The notes: generated from the letters alone by a model not told the origin. DNA of 64,000 bases from Methanotrichaceae archaeon (GCA_963813075.1 CAWEXU010000005.1:96001-160000); one strand, 5' to 3'. Positions 1 through 9,723 are shown, numbered from the stretch's first letter. A program made the numbers and translations.

Positions 1-792
1 AACGGCTATTTCATGACCTATATCTATGCCCGGGCAGGAAATTCCGCAGTCAAGAACTATGCCCACGGTAGCGGTTCCTTGAACAGCGAGGCTCTTTTGA
101 CCTTGCAAGATATGGATAAGATGACCCATAATACCTACTCCGACTACAATGACTACACCTTGAACTGCATCGAGTTCAAAGAGGATGTCTCCATGGTCTA
201 TGCACCCATGAGAATTGCCGTCGGAAATGGATATTATGCGGCAAACCCCCTGGACTACAGCTCCCTGCTCAAAGAGAAGACCTGGATAAAGAACCACCTC
301 TCTGGCACCAGCATGCATCATGAGGTCGAGTATGCCCATGCCCTGGACAAGGAATTGAACGTCGTGGCCAAAGACGTCTACAACTACACCTACGATCCAG
401 AGACCATAGGCAATGCCTATACCCAGATGACAATAAATGAGGACGTGACCGACGGCAAAGCCCATATTGGAGTGCTGCAGGCAGCAGACACCTATGTCAG
501 CGATGATTATGTGGACGTCTCCTTCGGCATTGCTAACAAGAAGTCCGCCTGGAGGAACCCTGCTATCGAGATCGATGAGGACTACTGGGGAACCTACCAC
601 ATTGAGAAGAACATGACCCTCGAGGTGCCATACCACCTGGTCCAGAAGTCAGAAGACTGGCTGCCCTGCTGCTTCGGCGGCTTTGAATCCATGAATGCCA
701 TGGACAAGAAGGCTTTCAAGTCTGCAACCGGTGTATTCGATTGCACCTGCTTCAAGGCACCAACCCAGGCCCAGTTCCCGAGAGTTTATTAG
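1..792 (+). CDS. Hypothetical beta-rich protein of a Methanothrix-type family with Cys-rich C-terminus; 5' end lies outside the window
   Basis: Frame is open from base 1 (NGYF-MTYIY...); C-terminal WLPCCFGG...FDCTC; resembles 12728..13348. Confidence 0.7.
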   Translation, partial: NGYFMTYIYARAGNSAVKNYAHGSGSLNSEALLTLQDMDKMTHNTYSDYNDYTLNCIEFKEDVSMVYAPMRIAVGNGYYAANPLDYSSLLKEKTWIKNHLSGTSMHHEVEYAHALDKELNVVAKDVYNYTYDPETIGNAYTQMTINEDVTDGKAHIGVLQAADTYVSDDYVDVSFGIANKKSAWRNPAIEIDEDYWGTYHIEKNMTLEVPYHLVQKSEDWLPCCFGGFESMNAMDKKAFKSATGVFDCTCFKAPTQAQFPRVY

Positions 793-802
793 TTGAGAGA
801 TG

Positions 803-835
803 AGGGAGACAGTCTCCCTTCTATTTTTTATTTTT
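803..835 (+). terminator. Hairpin plus T-tract terminator
   Basis: AGGGAGA-cag-TCTCCCT followed by TTTTTTATTTTT right after the stop. Confidence 0.6.
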
Positions 836-875
836 AATCAAAGGCATTATTAATCCTGCATTGCCTGGATAACCT

Positions 876-1508
876 ATGCAGTTCGCGACGTGGGAGCCAA
901 TCTATAATCAGATCTTGCAGGACTTCGGCTTCTCCTCCTCCAGGGACGAAGAGGGAGCCCTGCTTCTGGAAAATCTTCTGCAGGGCCGCCGCAATTTCCT
1001 GGCCATTGCACAGGAAGGGGTAGGTGGGAGAGAGGCAGTGGTATTTGGCAATGCGCCCTCTCTTGACCATGAGGTGGATATGCTGCCACCGCTTGATGCC
1101 GCCCTCATCGCTGCGGACGGGGCAGCGGCTGTCATGCTGAAAAAGGGTATAGTACCGGATATTGTGGTCTCAGACCTTGACGGCCCATTTCCTGCTATCT
1201 ATGAGGCCTGCCAGAGGGGGGCGATCATCGTCGTTCATGCTCACGGCGATAACCTGGATGCTCTCAAAAGGTATGTACCCCAGCTTGATAATATCATCGG
1301 CACCTGCCAGTGCCGGCCTCCTGCAGGCCTTTACAACTTCGGAGGATTCACAGACGGAGATCGGTCGGTATTCCTGGCGAAAGAGCTTGGGGCGTCATCA
1401 ATTAAGCTGGTCGGCTTTGACTTCGAGGACGAGAGCGTAACCCCCCGCAAAAGAAAGAAGCTGGCCTGGGCGAAGAGGCTGATCGATTTCGCACTATCTG
1501 ATCCGTAA
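876..1508 (+). CDS. mptE: 6-hydroxymethyl-7,8-dihydropterin pyrophosphokinase (DUF115)
   Basis: WEPIY..IL.DFG, AADGA, VVSDLDG, HAHGDN, NFGGFTDGDR motifs. Confidence 0.9.
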   Translation: MQFATWEPIYNQILQDFGFSSSRDEEGALLLENLLQGRRNFLAIAQEGVGGREAVVFGNAPSLDHEVDMLPPLDAALIAADGAAAVMLKKGIVPDIVVSDLDGPFPAIYEACQRGAIIVVHAHGDNLDALKRYVPQLDNIIGTCQCRPPAGLYNFGGFTDGDRSVFLAKELGASSIKLVGFDFEDESVTPRKRKKLAWAKRLIDFALSDP

Positions 1509-1558
1509 TCTCTCAAAATGTAAAAGGGGATTTTCCTGTGCCGCCTGGCAGGACCGGT

Positions 1559-2203
1559 TTAGGGCAGGATATCCAGTATGGATGAGACCGCTCTCTTTGC
1601 AACCTCCTCCACCCCCATGCCGGCATCCACTGTAACAAAACGCTCCGGCTCTATTGAGGCCAGTCGGCGAAAGTTGCCGTCCACCTGGCGGAGGAACTCC
1701 AGCCGCTCGAACTTCTCTTTTCCCGGACGGGAGCTGATCCTTTGCAGGGATATCTCCGGGTCCAGAAGGAAAAGGAGGGTCCTGTCCGGAGTGAGGTTCC
1801 ACGGTCGGTATATCTCTCTGATCCACTGCACCGGATCGGGAACTATTCCCTGCAGTGTCACTCCCTGATAGGCCGCAGTGGAGTCAGCGTACCGGTCGCA
1901 TAAGACAATGGCCCCCTCCTCTAGAGATGGGATTATGGTCTGGGTGAGGTGGTGGGCATGGTCTGCCATGAAAAGGAAGAGCTCCTCCATGTGCTCGGCA
2001 GGCTGGGGCATAGCAGCCGTAGATTTCAATATCTGAGACCTCAATATCCTCCCGGCACCGCTATCTGAAGGCTCAGCGGTGAGAAGGAGCCTGCGCCCTG
2101 GAAGGAGCGCCTTCAGTCTTTTCGCGATATGGCGAATAGCAGTGCTCTTTCCCGAGCCGTCGATTCCCTCTATGGTAATGAGTTGGCCCTTCACAGCTTT
2201 CAA
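1559..2203 (-). CDS. tmk: Thymidylate kinase
   Basis: ITIEGIDGSGKST P-loop, LFMADH, CDRYADSTAAYQG. Confidence 0.93.
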   Translation of the reverse strand: MKAVKGQLITIEGIDGSGKSTAIRHIAKRLKALLPGRRLLLTAEPSDSGAGRILRSQILKSTAAMPQPAEHMEELFLFMADHAHHLTQTIIPSLEEGAIVLCDRYADSTAAYQGVTLQGIVPDPVQWIREIYRPWNLTPDRTLLFLLDPEISLQRISSRPGKEKFERLEFLRQVDGNFRRLASIEPERFVTVDAGMGVEEVAKRAVSSILDILP

Positions 2204-2230
2204 GAAGGCAAGAATAGAGAGATTAAATTG

Positions 2231-2455
2231 TCGCCCGATACTAACTCTGGCACGTCATCCGCTGGGTATCCGCAGTCAGGCCAGCAACCCTCGCAACGGG
2301 CGTCTGTACCGCATTTGGGTTGTCTCATGGTCATAGGTAGACATTAGTCAATATCCTACCATAAGGACCTATCAACGCGGCCTGTAGTCCCTATCCTGCA
2401 CCGGCACTCACAGCAGAACATATTCTAAGCTCGTGCCAGCCCTCGAAAGGGACGA
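2231..2455 (-). ncRNA. Candidate structured non-coding RNA of unknown family (strand tentative)
   Basis: Nested helices CTGGCACG/CGTGCCAG, GCTG..GCAG/CTGC..CAGC, CAGGCC/GGCCTG, GCAACCC/GGGTTGT, GGTAG/CTACC; TTTATTAA box about 20 nt upstream on the minus strand. Confidence 0.45.
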
Positions 2456-2580
2456 ATAAAGAATGTATTCCAGATTAATAAAGTTATCCATTTGCGATAT
2501 AATAATCAAATCATAAAGTGGTTATGCTGCCAGTAAGCTTTAAGTTGATGTTCTACATTAACAATGCTGAGGTGCTTTGT

Positions 2581-3516
2581 TTGACCGACAAGATCTATGT
2601 AATCGGGCACAAGAGTCCTGATACCGATTCTGTGACATCTGCCATAACCTATGCCAACCTGAAGAACGCCATGGGAATGAAGGAAGCTGTACCTGCTGCC
2701 GCAGGGGACATAAATGCCGAAACCAAGTTCCTGCTGGACTACTTCAAGGTCCCATACCCGGAGAAGCTCACCGACGCCACAGACAAGTTGGTGATCCTGG
2801 TAGACCATAATGAGATGGGTCAGGCGGTGGACAATCTCAATATGGAGAACATTGTGGAGATCGTGGACCACCACAAGATCGGCGGCCTGGCCACCGGAAA
2901 GCCCATATTCTTCCTGAATGAGCCGGTGGGCGCGACTGGCGGCATCATCGCGAACCTCTATGAGAAGAATAATGTGCCGATCAGCAAGGAGATGGCTGGC
3001 CTGATGATGTCCGCCATCCTCTCTGACACCGTCCTCTTCAAGTCACCCACCTGCACTCCTCGCGACAAGGCCGCGGTGGAGAAGCTGGCTAAAATTGCGG
3101 GCGTCGATCCGATGAATTTCGGCATGGAGCTGCTTAAAGCCAAGAGCGATGTCTCATCCAAGTCTGCCAAGGATATTCTCCTGGGAGACTTCAAGAAGTT
3201 CGACTTCTCCGGCATAAAGTCCGGCGTGGGCCAGATCGAGGTCATGGATCTTAAGGACCTGGAGCCCAAGAGGGCGGCAATCCTGGAAGAGATGAATAAG
3301 ATGAAGGATGCGGAAAAGCTGGACATGATCGTTCTCATGCTTACCGATGTAATGAAAGAGGCAAGCGACATTCTCTTCGTAGGAAATGCCCAGGCAGCGG
3401 CAGGATTTGAGAAGGCTTTCGGCGGCAAGATCCAGAATAACTCCATCTACAAGGAAAAGGTCCTCTCCAGGAAAAAGCAGGTCATCCCGCCCCTGGAAGG
3501 CGCCTTCAAGAAATAA
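2581..3516 (+). CDS. ppaC: Manganese-dependent inorganic pyrophosphatase (family II, DHH)
   Basis: GHKSPDTDS, LVDHNE, VDHH, SRKKQVIP; probable TTG start at 2581 after a GAGGTG RBS. Confidence 0.95.
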   Translation: MTDKIYVIGHKSPDTDSVTSAITYANLKNAMGMKEAVPAAAGDINAETKFLLDYFKVPYPEKLTDATDKLVILVDHNEMGQAVDNLNMENIVEIVDHHKIGGLATGKPIFFLNEPVGATGGIIANLYEKNNVPISKEMAGLMMSAILSDTVLFKSPTCTPRDKAAVEKLAKIAGVDPMNFGMELLKAKSDVSSKSAKDILLGDFKKFDFSGIKSGVGQIEVMDLKDLEPKRAAILEEMNKMKDAEKLDMIVLMLTDVMKEASDILFVGNAQAAAGFEKAFGGKIQNNSIYKEKVLSRKKQVIPPLEGAFKK

Positions 3517-3529
3517 AGCATCTGGATTT

Positions 3530-3610
3530 GGTGGCCGAGGGGCCACCTCTTGTTTTTCTCTTTTTCTTGTTTCCTCTTTTTCTTGTTTCCTATTTCCCTT
3601 TTTTTCTCCT
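3530..3610 (+). terminator. GC hairpin plus long pyrimidine tract
   Basis: GGTGGCC-gagg-GGCCACC followed by about 60 nt of T/C. Confidence 0.6.
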
Positions 3611-3648
3611 CTATTTCTCCCGGCAATGTTTTTCGCAATTGGAGTGGT

Positions 3649-4929
3649 CTAGCGGCTGGGGTGGACCAATTGGCTGCTTTCTCTCAGGCGCACTAAAGGC
3701 ATGGAGAGATGGCGGCGAGCGCAGGGCGGCACCTCATAGAAGCCCGTCTCCAGCTCGCGGGCCCGATTCTCCATTTCGCGAGAGGGTGACCTGGTCTTGC
3801 AGCGGCGGCAGCGGTAGCCCTGGCCCTTGCCCGCGGACTCCATTCGTCTCTGGCATTGAGGGCACAATGGCGCAGCCTGAACCCATTCCGTAGCAAGATG
3901 GAGGACGTTGATCTTCTCCAGGTTCAGGGTTCCATCCCTGACTGAGCCATAGACCTCCAGCTCATCTCCTGACCGGAGATTTTTAATGATGTTGCGGAAG
4001 TTCTTGGTGGGCTCGAAGGCTGCGCACTCTATCCTGCCCTCTTTGCTCAGTCCCTCCCTCTCGCTCTGCTCACTCTGAAGGGTCAGGAACAGGTGTCCTC
4101 CCGCGATCGCCCTGGCCGGCCCGGCGAGGAAACCGTGCAGCCGGTAGCTCTGGCTATCCTTTGCCTGGCATATCTGGCCGTCCAGGATATGGGCATCTGT
4201 GCCCTGGTTGGTCTGATAGAGGACATACCTCTCCACCGGCTCAGATGTTATGGTCTCGAATGCCCTTCTGATGGCCACGGGATCCGAGCCCCTTATGCCG
4301 AAGAGGACGGGATCCGCGGAATGGGGGGCGAAGACCACCCTCTGGTTATGATGGTCCACCGTATCCCAGGTCAATGGATAGGTGAGCCTGTCCGCCTCCC
4401 ATACGGTGGCGGGATCTATGAACCTGGGCGTGCCCCAGCGCTTTCTTTCCCGGTAAGCTATCAGCTCATAGGTCCAGTCGGGCCCGTCCGCCCCCACGGC
4501 AGCCAGAGCGCCGATCAGACCCCTACCCTTCTTGAAGCCCCGGTACCATATCCCCTCTTCCTCCAGAAGGGACCGCGCGTCGTCTATCTGGAGGATTTGA
4601 GTGACTGCAGAGCGGTAGAAGGCCCTCATCCTCTCCGTCACCTCCTCCGCGATCACCAGGCCGGGATTGGTGTTGGCCCCGGAAAAGTCGGAAAGCTCCA
4701 ACAGTGTTTTGAGGGCGATCTTTTTCACCATATCCGGCCGGCTGCTTTTGAAGCAGAAGGCGAGGGCGGCATTGCCCCGGGTCTTGTAGCGGGCGCAGGG
4801 GTTGAGGCGGATGAGCCTGGGCAGGCCACAGATCTCTCCCCAGGGAACGAGCCTCTCCATGAGCACCCCGGCCAGATAGGTGGTGCACAGGCCCCTCTCA
4901 GAATCGGTATCATCTATTCCAATGAACAT
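3649..4929 (-). CDS. tiaS: tRNA(Ile2) 2-agmatinylcytidine synthetase
   Basis: MFIGIDDTDS..GLCTTY, PRLIRLNP...KTRGN, TNQGTD.H, AAFEPT, C-terminal Zn ribbon, RRHLSMPL. Confidence 0.95.
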   Translation of the reverse strand: MFIGIDDTDSERGLCTTYLAGVLMERLVPWGEICGLPRLIRLNPCARYKTRGNAALAFCFKSSRPDMVKKIALKTLLELSDFSGANTNPGLVIAEEVTERMRAFYRSAVTQILQIDDARSLLEEEGIWYRGFKKGRGLIGALAAVGADGPDWTYELIAYRERKRWGTPRFIDPATVWEADRLTYPLTWDTVDHHNQRVVFAPHSADPVLFGIRGSDPVAIRRAFETITSEPVERYVLYQTNQGTDAHILDGQICQAKDSQSYRLHGFLAGPARAIAGGHLFLTLQSEQSEREGLSKEGRIECAAFEPTKNFRNIIKNLRSGDELEVYGSVRDGTLNLEKINVLHLATEWVQAAPLCPQCQRRMESAGKGQGYRCRRCKTRSPSREMENRARELETGFYEVPPCARRHLSMPLVRLRESSQLVHPSR

Positions 4930-4965
4930 GGTCAAGCTTAAATAGCGGTCAAACGGACATATATA

Positions 4966-5907
4966 ATGATGGATAAGGAGCTTCTCGCCACCCAGGTGGA
5001 GGAGGTTTTGAGAGAGGCAGGATTCAGTACCTCTGACCGCTGCTATCTCCGTCCCAGGAGCTTCGACCTGGCAGCCAGAAGAGGAGATCAGTTCCTGTTC
5101 CTGAAGATCCTCTCCAATATCGATGGCCTGAATGAGCGCACGGCTCTGGAGATCAGGCGTCTGGCCAAGCACCTCTTAGGCAGCCCTATACTGGTGGGAG
5201 AGAAGACCCGCGACCAGTACCTGGAGAGGGGGGCGGTCTACTTCCGCTATGGCATTCCCACCCTCAGCCTGTTCACTCTGGCAGACTGCCTCTTGGAGGG
5301 GGCATTGCCACTGGTCTATGCGGCGCACGGCGGCCTTTATGTGCGCATCGATGGGGGCAGGATGAGGCAGATCCGGTTGGCTCGAGGCATATCTTTGGGG
5401 GCCCTGGCCACAGATCTAGGCGTCTCCCGCCGGACTATCAGCAAGTACGAGGCAGAGGACATGGACACCTCGGTGGATGTGGCCCTGAAGCTGGAGGAGA
5501 TCTTCAATGAGGAGTTGATCGAGCCGGTCGATCCCTTCCAGAGCGAGGTGGTGGCAGAGGAGAAGGCAGAGGTGAAGGGGCCGGTGACGGACAACATCCT
5601 CCGCCTGCTCCTTGAGATCGGCTTTGAGGTGGTCCCCACCGCCCAGGCGCCCTTCAATGCCATAAGCAGGGAGGGAAACCTGGTGGTCCTCACCGGTGTT
5701 GGCAAGTTCTCCCAGAGCATAGTCAAGAAGGCCCGGCTGATGAGCAGCCTCTCCTCCGTCGCCCGCACCAAGTCGGTGGTGATAGTGGACGGGGAGACCA
5801 AGCTGGAGTGCATCGAGGAGACTGCGCTGATCGAGAAGAGGGAGCTGGAGGACATCGACGAGACGCGGGACTTTGAGGACCTGGTGGCGGAAAAGCAGAG
5901 CAAGTGA
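4966..5907 (+). CDS. Archaeal Cro/C1-type HTH transcriptional regulator (COG1395-like)
   Basis: SFDLAARR, KILSNIDG, central HTH SLGALATDLGVSRRTISKYE, APFNA. Confidence 0.85.
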   Translation: MMDKELLATQVEEVLREAGFSTSDRCYLRPRSFDLAARRGDQFLFLKILSNIDGLNERTALEIRRLAKHLLGSPILVGEKTRDQYLERGAVYFRYGIPTLSLFTLADCLLEGALPLVYAAHGGLYVRIDGGRMRQIRLARGISLGALATDLGVSRRTISKYEAEDMDTSVDVALKLEEIFNEELIEPVDPFQSEVVAEEKAEVKGPVTDNILRLLLEIGFEVVPTAQAPFNAISREGNLVVLTGVGKFSQSIVKKARLMSSLSSVARTKSVVIVDGETKLECIEETALIEKRELEDIDETRDFEDLVAEKQSK

Positions 5908-5914
5908 TTGAGAG

Positions 5915-6125
5915 GTGTTTTCGGTGGGTGCTAAGGCGCTCGGCTCATTGCTGATACTTACAGCGCCTGTTGTATCCGCTACTGGGCAGCAGACTGCTGA
6001 TGAATGGAATGATAAAGGCATAGCTCTCGGATATCAGGGCAAGTATGATGATGCAATAGCGGCTTTTGATAAGGCCATTGAGATTGATCCAAAACATGCA
6101 AATGCCTGGATCATCAAAGGCAGAC
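5915..6125 (+). pseudogene. Truncated secreted TPR protein (5' part)
   Basis: Signal-like N-terminus plus one TPR (WNDKG..GKYDDAIAAFDKAIEIDPKHANAWIIKG), then unrelated sequence. Confidence 0.65.
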
Positions 6126-6361
6126 CTCATAGAGTCTGTAATCAGTGTCACCCCCTGGGGTCTTTTGCTGCCTGCATCCCGCCGTCGCTCCCTTTTTGCT
6201 TCATGCCTCTATCTTCCCCCTAAGTTAGCTCGTTAATGGGCCGAATACACCGAAAAGCTTTTACCAGGCGGATACTTAGTATATGTTGTTAATAGCTCAC
6301 AGGCGGCGGGGACTTTATCCCCTCGAAAACAGCGGTCAACCGCTTGCCGCCTGGTTAATTA

Positions 6362-6937
6362 CTACCTATTATCACGCTCGATTTTGTCTAGAATTTCCTC
6401 AAGGTCAATGAAGCGATCTGCCAATCGTATCAAGTCTTTGCTGATGCCCTGACTTCTGAAGTACGCAATTTCCACGATTAATCCACGTCTTTGAATTTCG
6501 TCTATTGCTTTGTGGTAATCCAGATCGCCGGATACGATTGTGGCTACGTCGTAAGCTCCGGTTGTTGCCAGAGATAGCATGTCAGACACTAAGGCGACGT
6601 CTACGCCTTTTTCTACATCTCTTTCGATAGTGGTAGTCTCTCCGCAATTTTCACATTTGAATTCGAATTTCCTTTTTCTCAGAGGTATTATCGAATTCTT
6701 AAATCCGGAATATTCTAAATAATGATAATAGCCCATCTCTTTGTCTATCGCCTTTTTTAATTCAATATCATTGTTTGGGTTAGGTGGTATCGAGTTGTAA
6801 TAGTACACTCTTTTTAGTTTACGCCCTTCTGCTAATACATCTCTAAGCTTAACGCAATCAATCTGTACATGGAGCTTGCGTGCTCCACCCATCAGGTTTT
6901 GGCCGTCAATAAAGATCATTAAGCGGTCTTCAGTCAT
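6362..6937 (-). CDS. NYN (LabA/DUF88, PIN-like) domain protein with a CxxC insert
   Basis: IFIDGQN, EKGVDVAL, VSGDLDY, ADRFIDL; visibly AT-richer than neighbours. Confidence 0.9.
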   Translation of the reverse strand: MTEDRLMIFIDGQNLMGGARKLHVQIDCVKLRDVLAEGRKLKRVYYYNSIPPNPNNDIELKKAIDKEMGYYHYLEYSGFKNSIIPLRKRKFEFKCENCGETTTIERDVEKGVDVALVSDMLSLATTGAYDVATIVSGDLDYHKAIDEIQRRGLIVEIAYFRSQGISKDLIRLADRFIDLEEILDKIERDNR

Positions 6938-7084
6938 TAAGATCGATTTGGTATCTTGCAGATATACAGGTTGCGGGCTGCCGCGTATGGCAGAGAGAGG
7001 GGCAGGCATCAATCTGCCTGCTCCAGCATGTTGCTCATTCCTCATCTATATCCGCAAAGTTAATCCCATGATCCCCAGGGTAAG

Positions 7085-7150
7085 GCGGCATTTGATAAGG
7101 CTATTGAGATCGATTCAGGATTAGCGGCGTTGCCCTGATAACAGGGGGCG
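7085..7150 (+). pseudogene. Second TPR remnant
   Basis: GCGGCATTTGATAAGGCTATTGAGATCGAT (AAFDKAIEID), 27/30 identical to 6059-6088. Confidence 0.55.
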
Positions 7151-7305
7151 CGGAGGGTCAGGAATACCAAGAGCTTCATGCCGGTCTCTTTCGACCGTCC
7201 TGCAATTGATCATAATGATATCGTTTGCACAGCTGCTGCTCTGATACTGCACACATACATTGATCTATTCCGCGGCTCAATTACATGCCTGAAGGCAGTG
7301 TTCTC

Positions 7306-8277
7306 ATGAAATCGCTCAAGGACAGAATCAGGGAATCGGGACGGGTATTCGTCTTTGGCATAGCAGGAGACAGCGGCTCGGGCAAGACCACCATCTCCCG
7401 GGGAATCAGAAGGATCCTGGGGGAGGATATGGTGGCCACCTTCTCCATGGACGACTACCACTCACTGGACCGAAAAGAGAGGAAGGAGAGAAACATCACT
7501 CCCCTCCATCCCGAGGCCAATCAGTTCGATCTTCTGGCAGAGCACCTGGAGGCCTTGCGGCGAGGGGAGAGGATCAATAAGCCCGTTTATGATCACAGCA
7601 CGGGAGAGATCGCGGGGACGGTGCCCTTCGGACCGGCGCCGGTGATAATCGTTGAGGGCCTTCATCCCCTCTACACCGAAAGGCTGAGAGGCCAGATCGA
7701 CTTCAAGATATTCGTCGACCCCTCCCGCTCGGTCAAGAGGCTGTGGAAGATCAGGAGGGATGTGGGCGATCGGGGCTATGAGGCGGGGCAGGTGATGGCG
7801 GAGATCCTGCAGCGCGAGCCGGACTACAAGCTCTATGTGGACATCCAGAAGATCTATGCCGAGATTGTGATCAAGATCCAGGACTCCCGCTTTCATCCCT
7901 CACTTCTTGATTCCCAGCCCAACCTGGACTGGTACTCGGTGCGGCTGATCATGGAGATCATGGAGCATCCGGTCTCTGAGGTGGGGATGAACATCGATCT
8001 CTCCAAGATCCTGCGCCGCTCGGAGCACGAGTTCTCCATAGAGTTTCAGCGGGACGACTACTACGGAAAGAGGGTGGGGATCATGACCATGGACGGGGAG
8101 ATTCATCAGTCCATGATTGCAGAGCTGGAAAAGAAGCTTGGCCAGTCCCTGGGAACGGACGGCTTGATAAGCGACCGGCGGGAGGAGTACGTCAATGCCA
8201 TCGGCCTGGCCCAGCTGATCTTAACCTGGAACTGCACTGAGAAGCTGGACTATCTGCTGCGGGAGGAAGGCTATTAG
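7306..8277 (+). CDS. prk: Phosphoribulokinase (archaeal type)
   Basis: GIAGDSGSGKTT, DDYHSLDR.ERK..ITPLHP.AN, KPVYDHSTG, EGLHP, RRDV.DRG; alternative start at 7285. Confidence 0.9.
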   Translation: MKSLKDRIRESGRVFVFGIAGDSGSGKTTISRGIRRILGEDMVATFSMDDYHSLDRKERKERNITPLHPEANQFDLLAEHLEALRRGERINKPVYDHSTGEIAGTVPFGPAPVIIVEGLHPLYTERLRGQIDFKIFVDPSRSVKRLWKIRRDVGDRGYEAGQVMAEILQREPDYKLYVDIQKIYAEIVIKIQDSRFHPSLLDSQPNLDWYSVRLIMEIMEHPVSEVGMNIDLSKILRRSEHEFSIEFQRDDYYGKRVGIMTMDGEIHQSMIAELEKKLGQSLGTDGLISDRREEYVNAIGLAQLILTWNCTEKLDYLLREEGY

Positions 8278-8471
8278 GTTCATGAGCAGTGGTTCCTGAG
8301 GATCGGCCACAAGCCCGGGGTAAAGCGAGAAAATAGATGGGCGACCAGATGGCAAAAGGCGGACTATCGGGCCGATGTCATCCGCCATAAGTGCTTGAGG
8401 GTGGGGCGGTCCAGAGGTGATAATGGGTTGAGCCGCAGCTTCTGGATCGCCTCCGCCGGACGATAGGACCT

Positions 8472-8735
8472 TCAGCCTCTTTTCTTCATCTCTTTTTCTA
8501 TCTCCGCTCCCGCCTCGGTCAGGCCCCAGATGCCGTTCTCTTCGGAGACCAGATCCCGCTCTGCCATCTCCGCCAGGATCTTCTTGACCGACGGGGCGGG
8601 GACATGGGTGAACTTGGCCACCTTGTCTGACTCCATCTTCCCCTTGGAGCCCAGGATCTGAACAACCCTTTCCCGCTGCTTGTTTCCCATAATGAAACCC
8701 ATAATTGCATCCAGGTCATCTACCATATTTTCCAC
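8472..8735 (-). CDS. Small winged-helix protein
   Basis: HTH-like pattern ending in GIWGLTEAG wing. Confidence 0.7.
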   Translation of the reverse strand: MENMVDDLDAIMGFIMGNKQRERVVQILGSKGKMESDKVAKFTHVPAPSVKKILAEMAERDLVSEENGIWGLTEAGAEIEKEMKKRG

Positions 8736-8750
8736 CTCTTTTTGCGTTAG

Positions 8751-8759
8751 CTTTATTAG
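8751..8759 (+). promoter_or_regulatory. TATA box of the SRP RNA gene
   Basis: CTTTATTAG about 24 nt upstream of the RNA 5' end. Confidence 0.55.
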
Positions 8760-8781
8760 CTGTACACCTCAATGTTAAAAG

Positions 8782-9096
8782 TGGCGGGCAGTCCGGGTGG
8801 TTCGGCGTCACCTATAACCCGAAATCGTCGATACGCGGGGGGCGAAGCTGACGGAAGACCTCGGGCGCTGTGCGTTCAGTCCAGCGGCCAACTATGATTC
8901 TCCGTCCTGTAGGGATGGCACCGGTCCATGGGTCCTTCTGAGGAATGATCCATGTACCATAATTGCAGGAACCGGTTCAGGCCCGGAAGGGAGCAGACCC
9001 ACTGCGGGTAACTATCGCTTATAGGTATAAGGGGAGGAGGAGGCCGCGGGAAAAACTGGCGCACAAGCCGGGGGGCAACCGCCGGCGTGCCTGCCA
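8782..9096 (+). ncRNA. ffs: Archaeal signal recognition particle (7S) RNA
   Basis: Helix-8 motif GGTTCAGGCCCGGAAGGGAGCAGACC; terminal helix TGGCGGGCA/TGCCTGCCA; about 315 nt. Confidence 0.93.
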
Positions 9097-9265
9097 TTTG
9101 ATCTAATGGATAATTTAATGTCCAGTTTTATTTCAATCTCGCTGAATACAAATAGATTATAGCGTTACCCGTTTGCGTATCTTTGAATGGGAAGGCGAAA
9201 GATGGAAGAGATCTGGGAAGGAGAGCAATAACCAAATAGCACAACGAACACATATCAGGGATGGC

Positions 9266-9723
9266 ATGAAACTGAAGATCACTATAACCGGCCCCAAGGT
9301 GCATGATGTGGGCTATAGACCCTGCCTTGCTGAGATAGCCATGCGCCTGGCTCTTCGAGGTTTTGAGGTCTACAATGACGATGATGATGGACAACAGGCA
9401 GTTATAGCCCTGGTCGAAGGCGACGAGCAGAGAATCATGAAATTCCACAACTCGGCTATTTTGGTGCGACCTGCACTCGCCAAAGCGGATAATGTGCGAT
9501 CAGAGGACTTCAACGGCGACGTCATGCCTTTATGGCAATTTGCATCGATAAACACGGCATCTCAGATGAATAAGGCGATTCCAATCCTAATGGCCGTGCA
9601 AGAGAATACCGACAAAATCAAGAAGATACCAGTGGCATGCGAGAAGACATTCCCGGCTATGTAATGCAGTTCAGACAGATGCAGGTGGATGTTAAAGAGA
9701 TAAAAGAGCGCCTGGGCATGTAG
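9266..9723 (+). CDS. Acylphosphatase-fold protein with coiled-coil tail; frameshift near 9620
   Basis: KITITGPKVHDVGYR; alternative frame continues EDTSGMREDIPGYVMQFRQMQVDVKEIKERLGM*. Confidence 0.7.

Noticed and set aside
2231..2455. RNase P RNA
   Set aside because: No GAGGAAAGUCC-like or 3' P4 consensus seen on either strand
4930..5172. N-terminal extension of TiaS in the ORF track
   Set aside because: Overlaps the divergent regulator gene; the family motif begins at MFIGIDDTD (4929)
6300..6353. Hammerhead ribozyme
   Set aside because: Three-way junction contains GAAA but lacks the CUGANGA core
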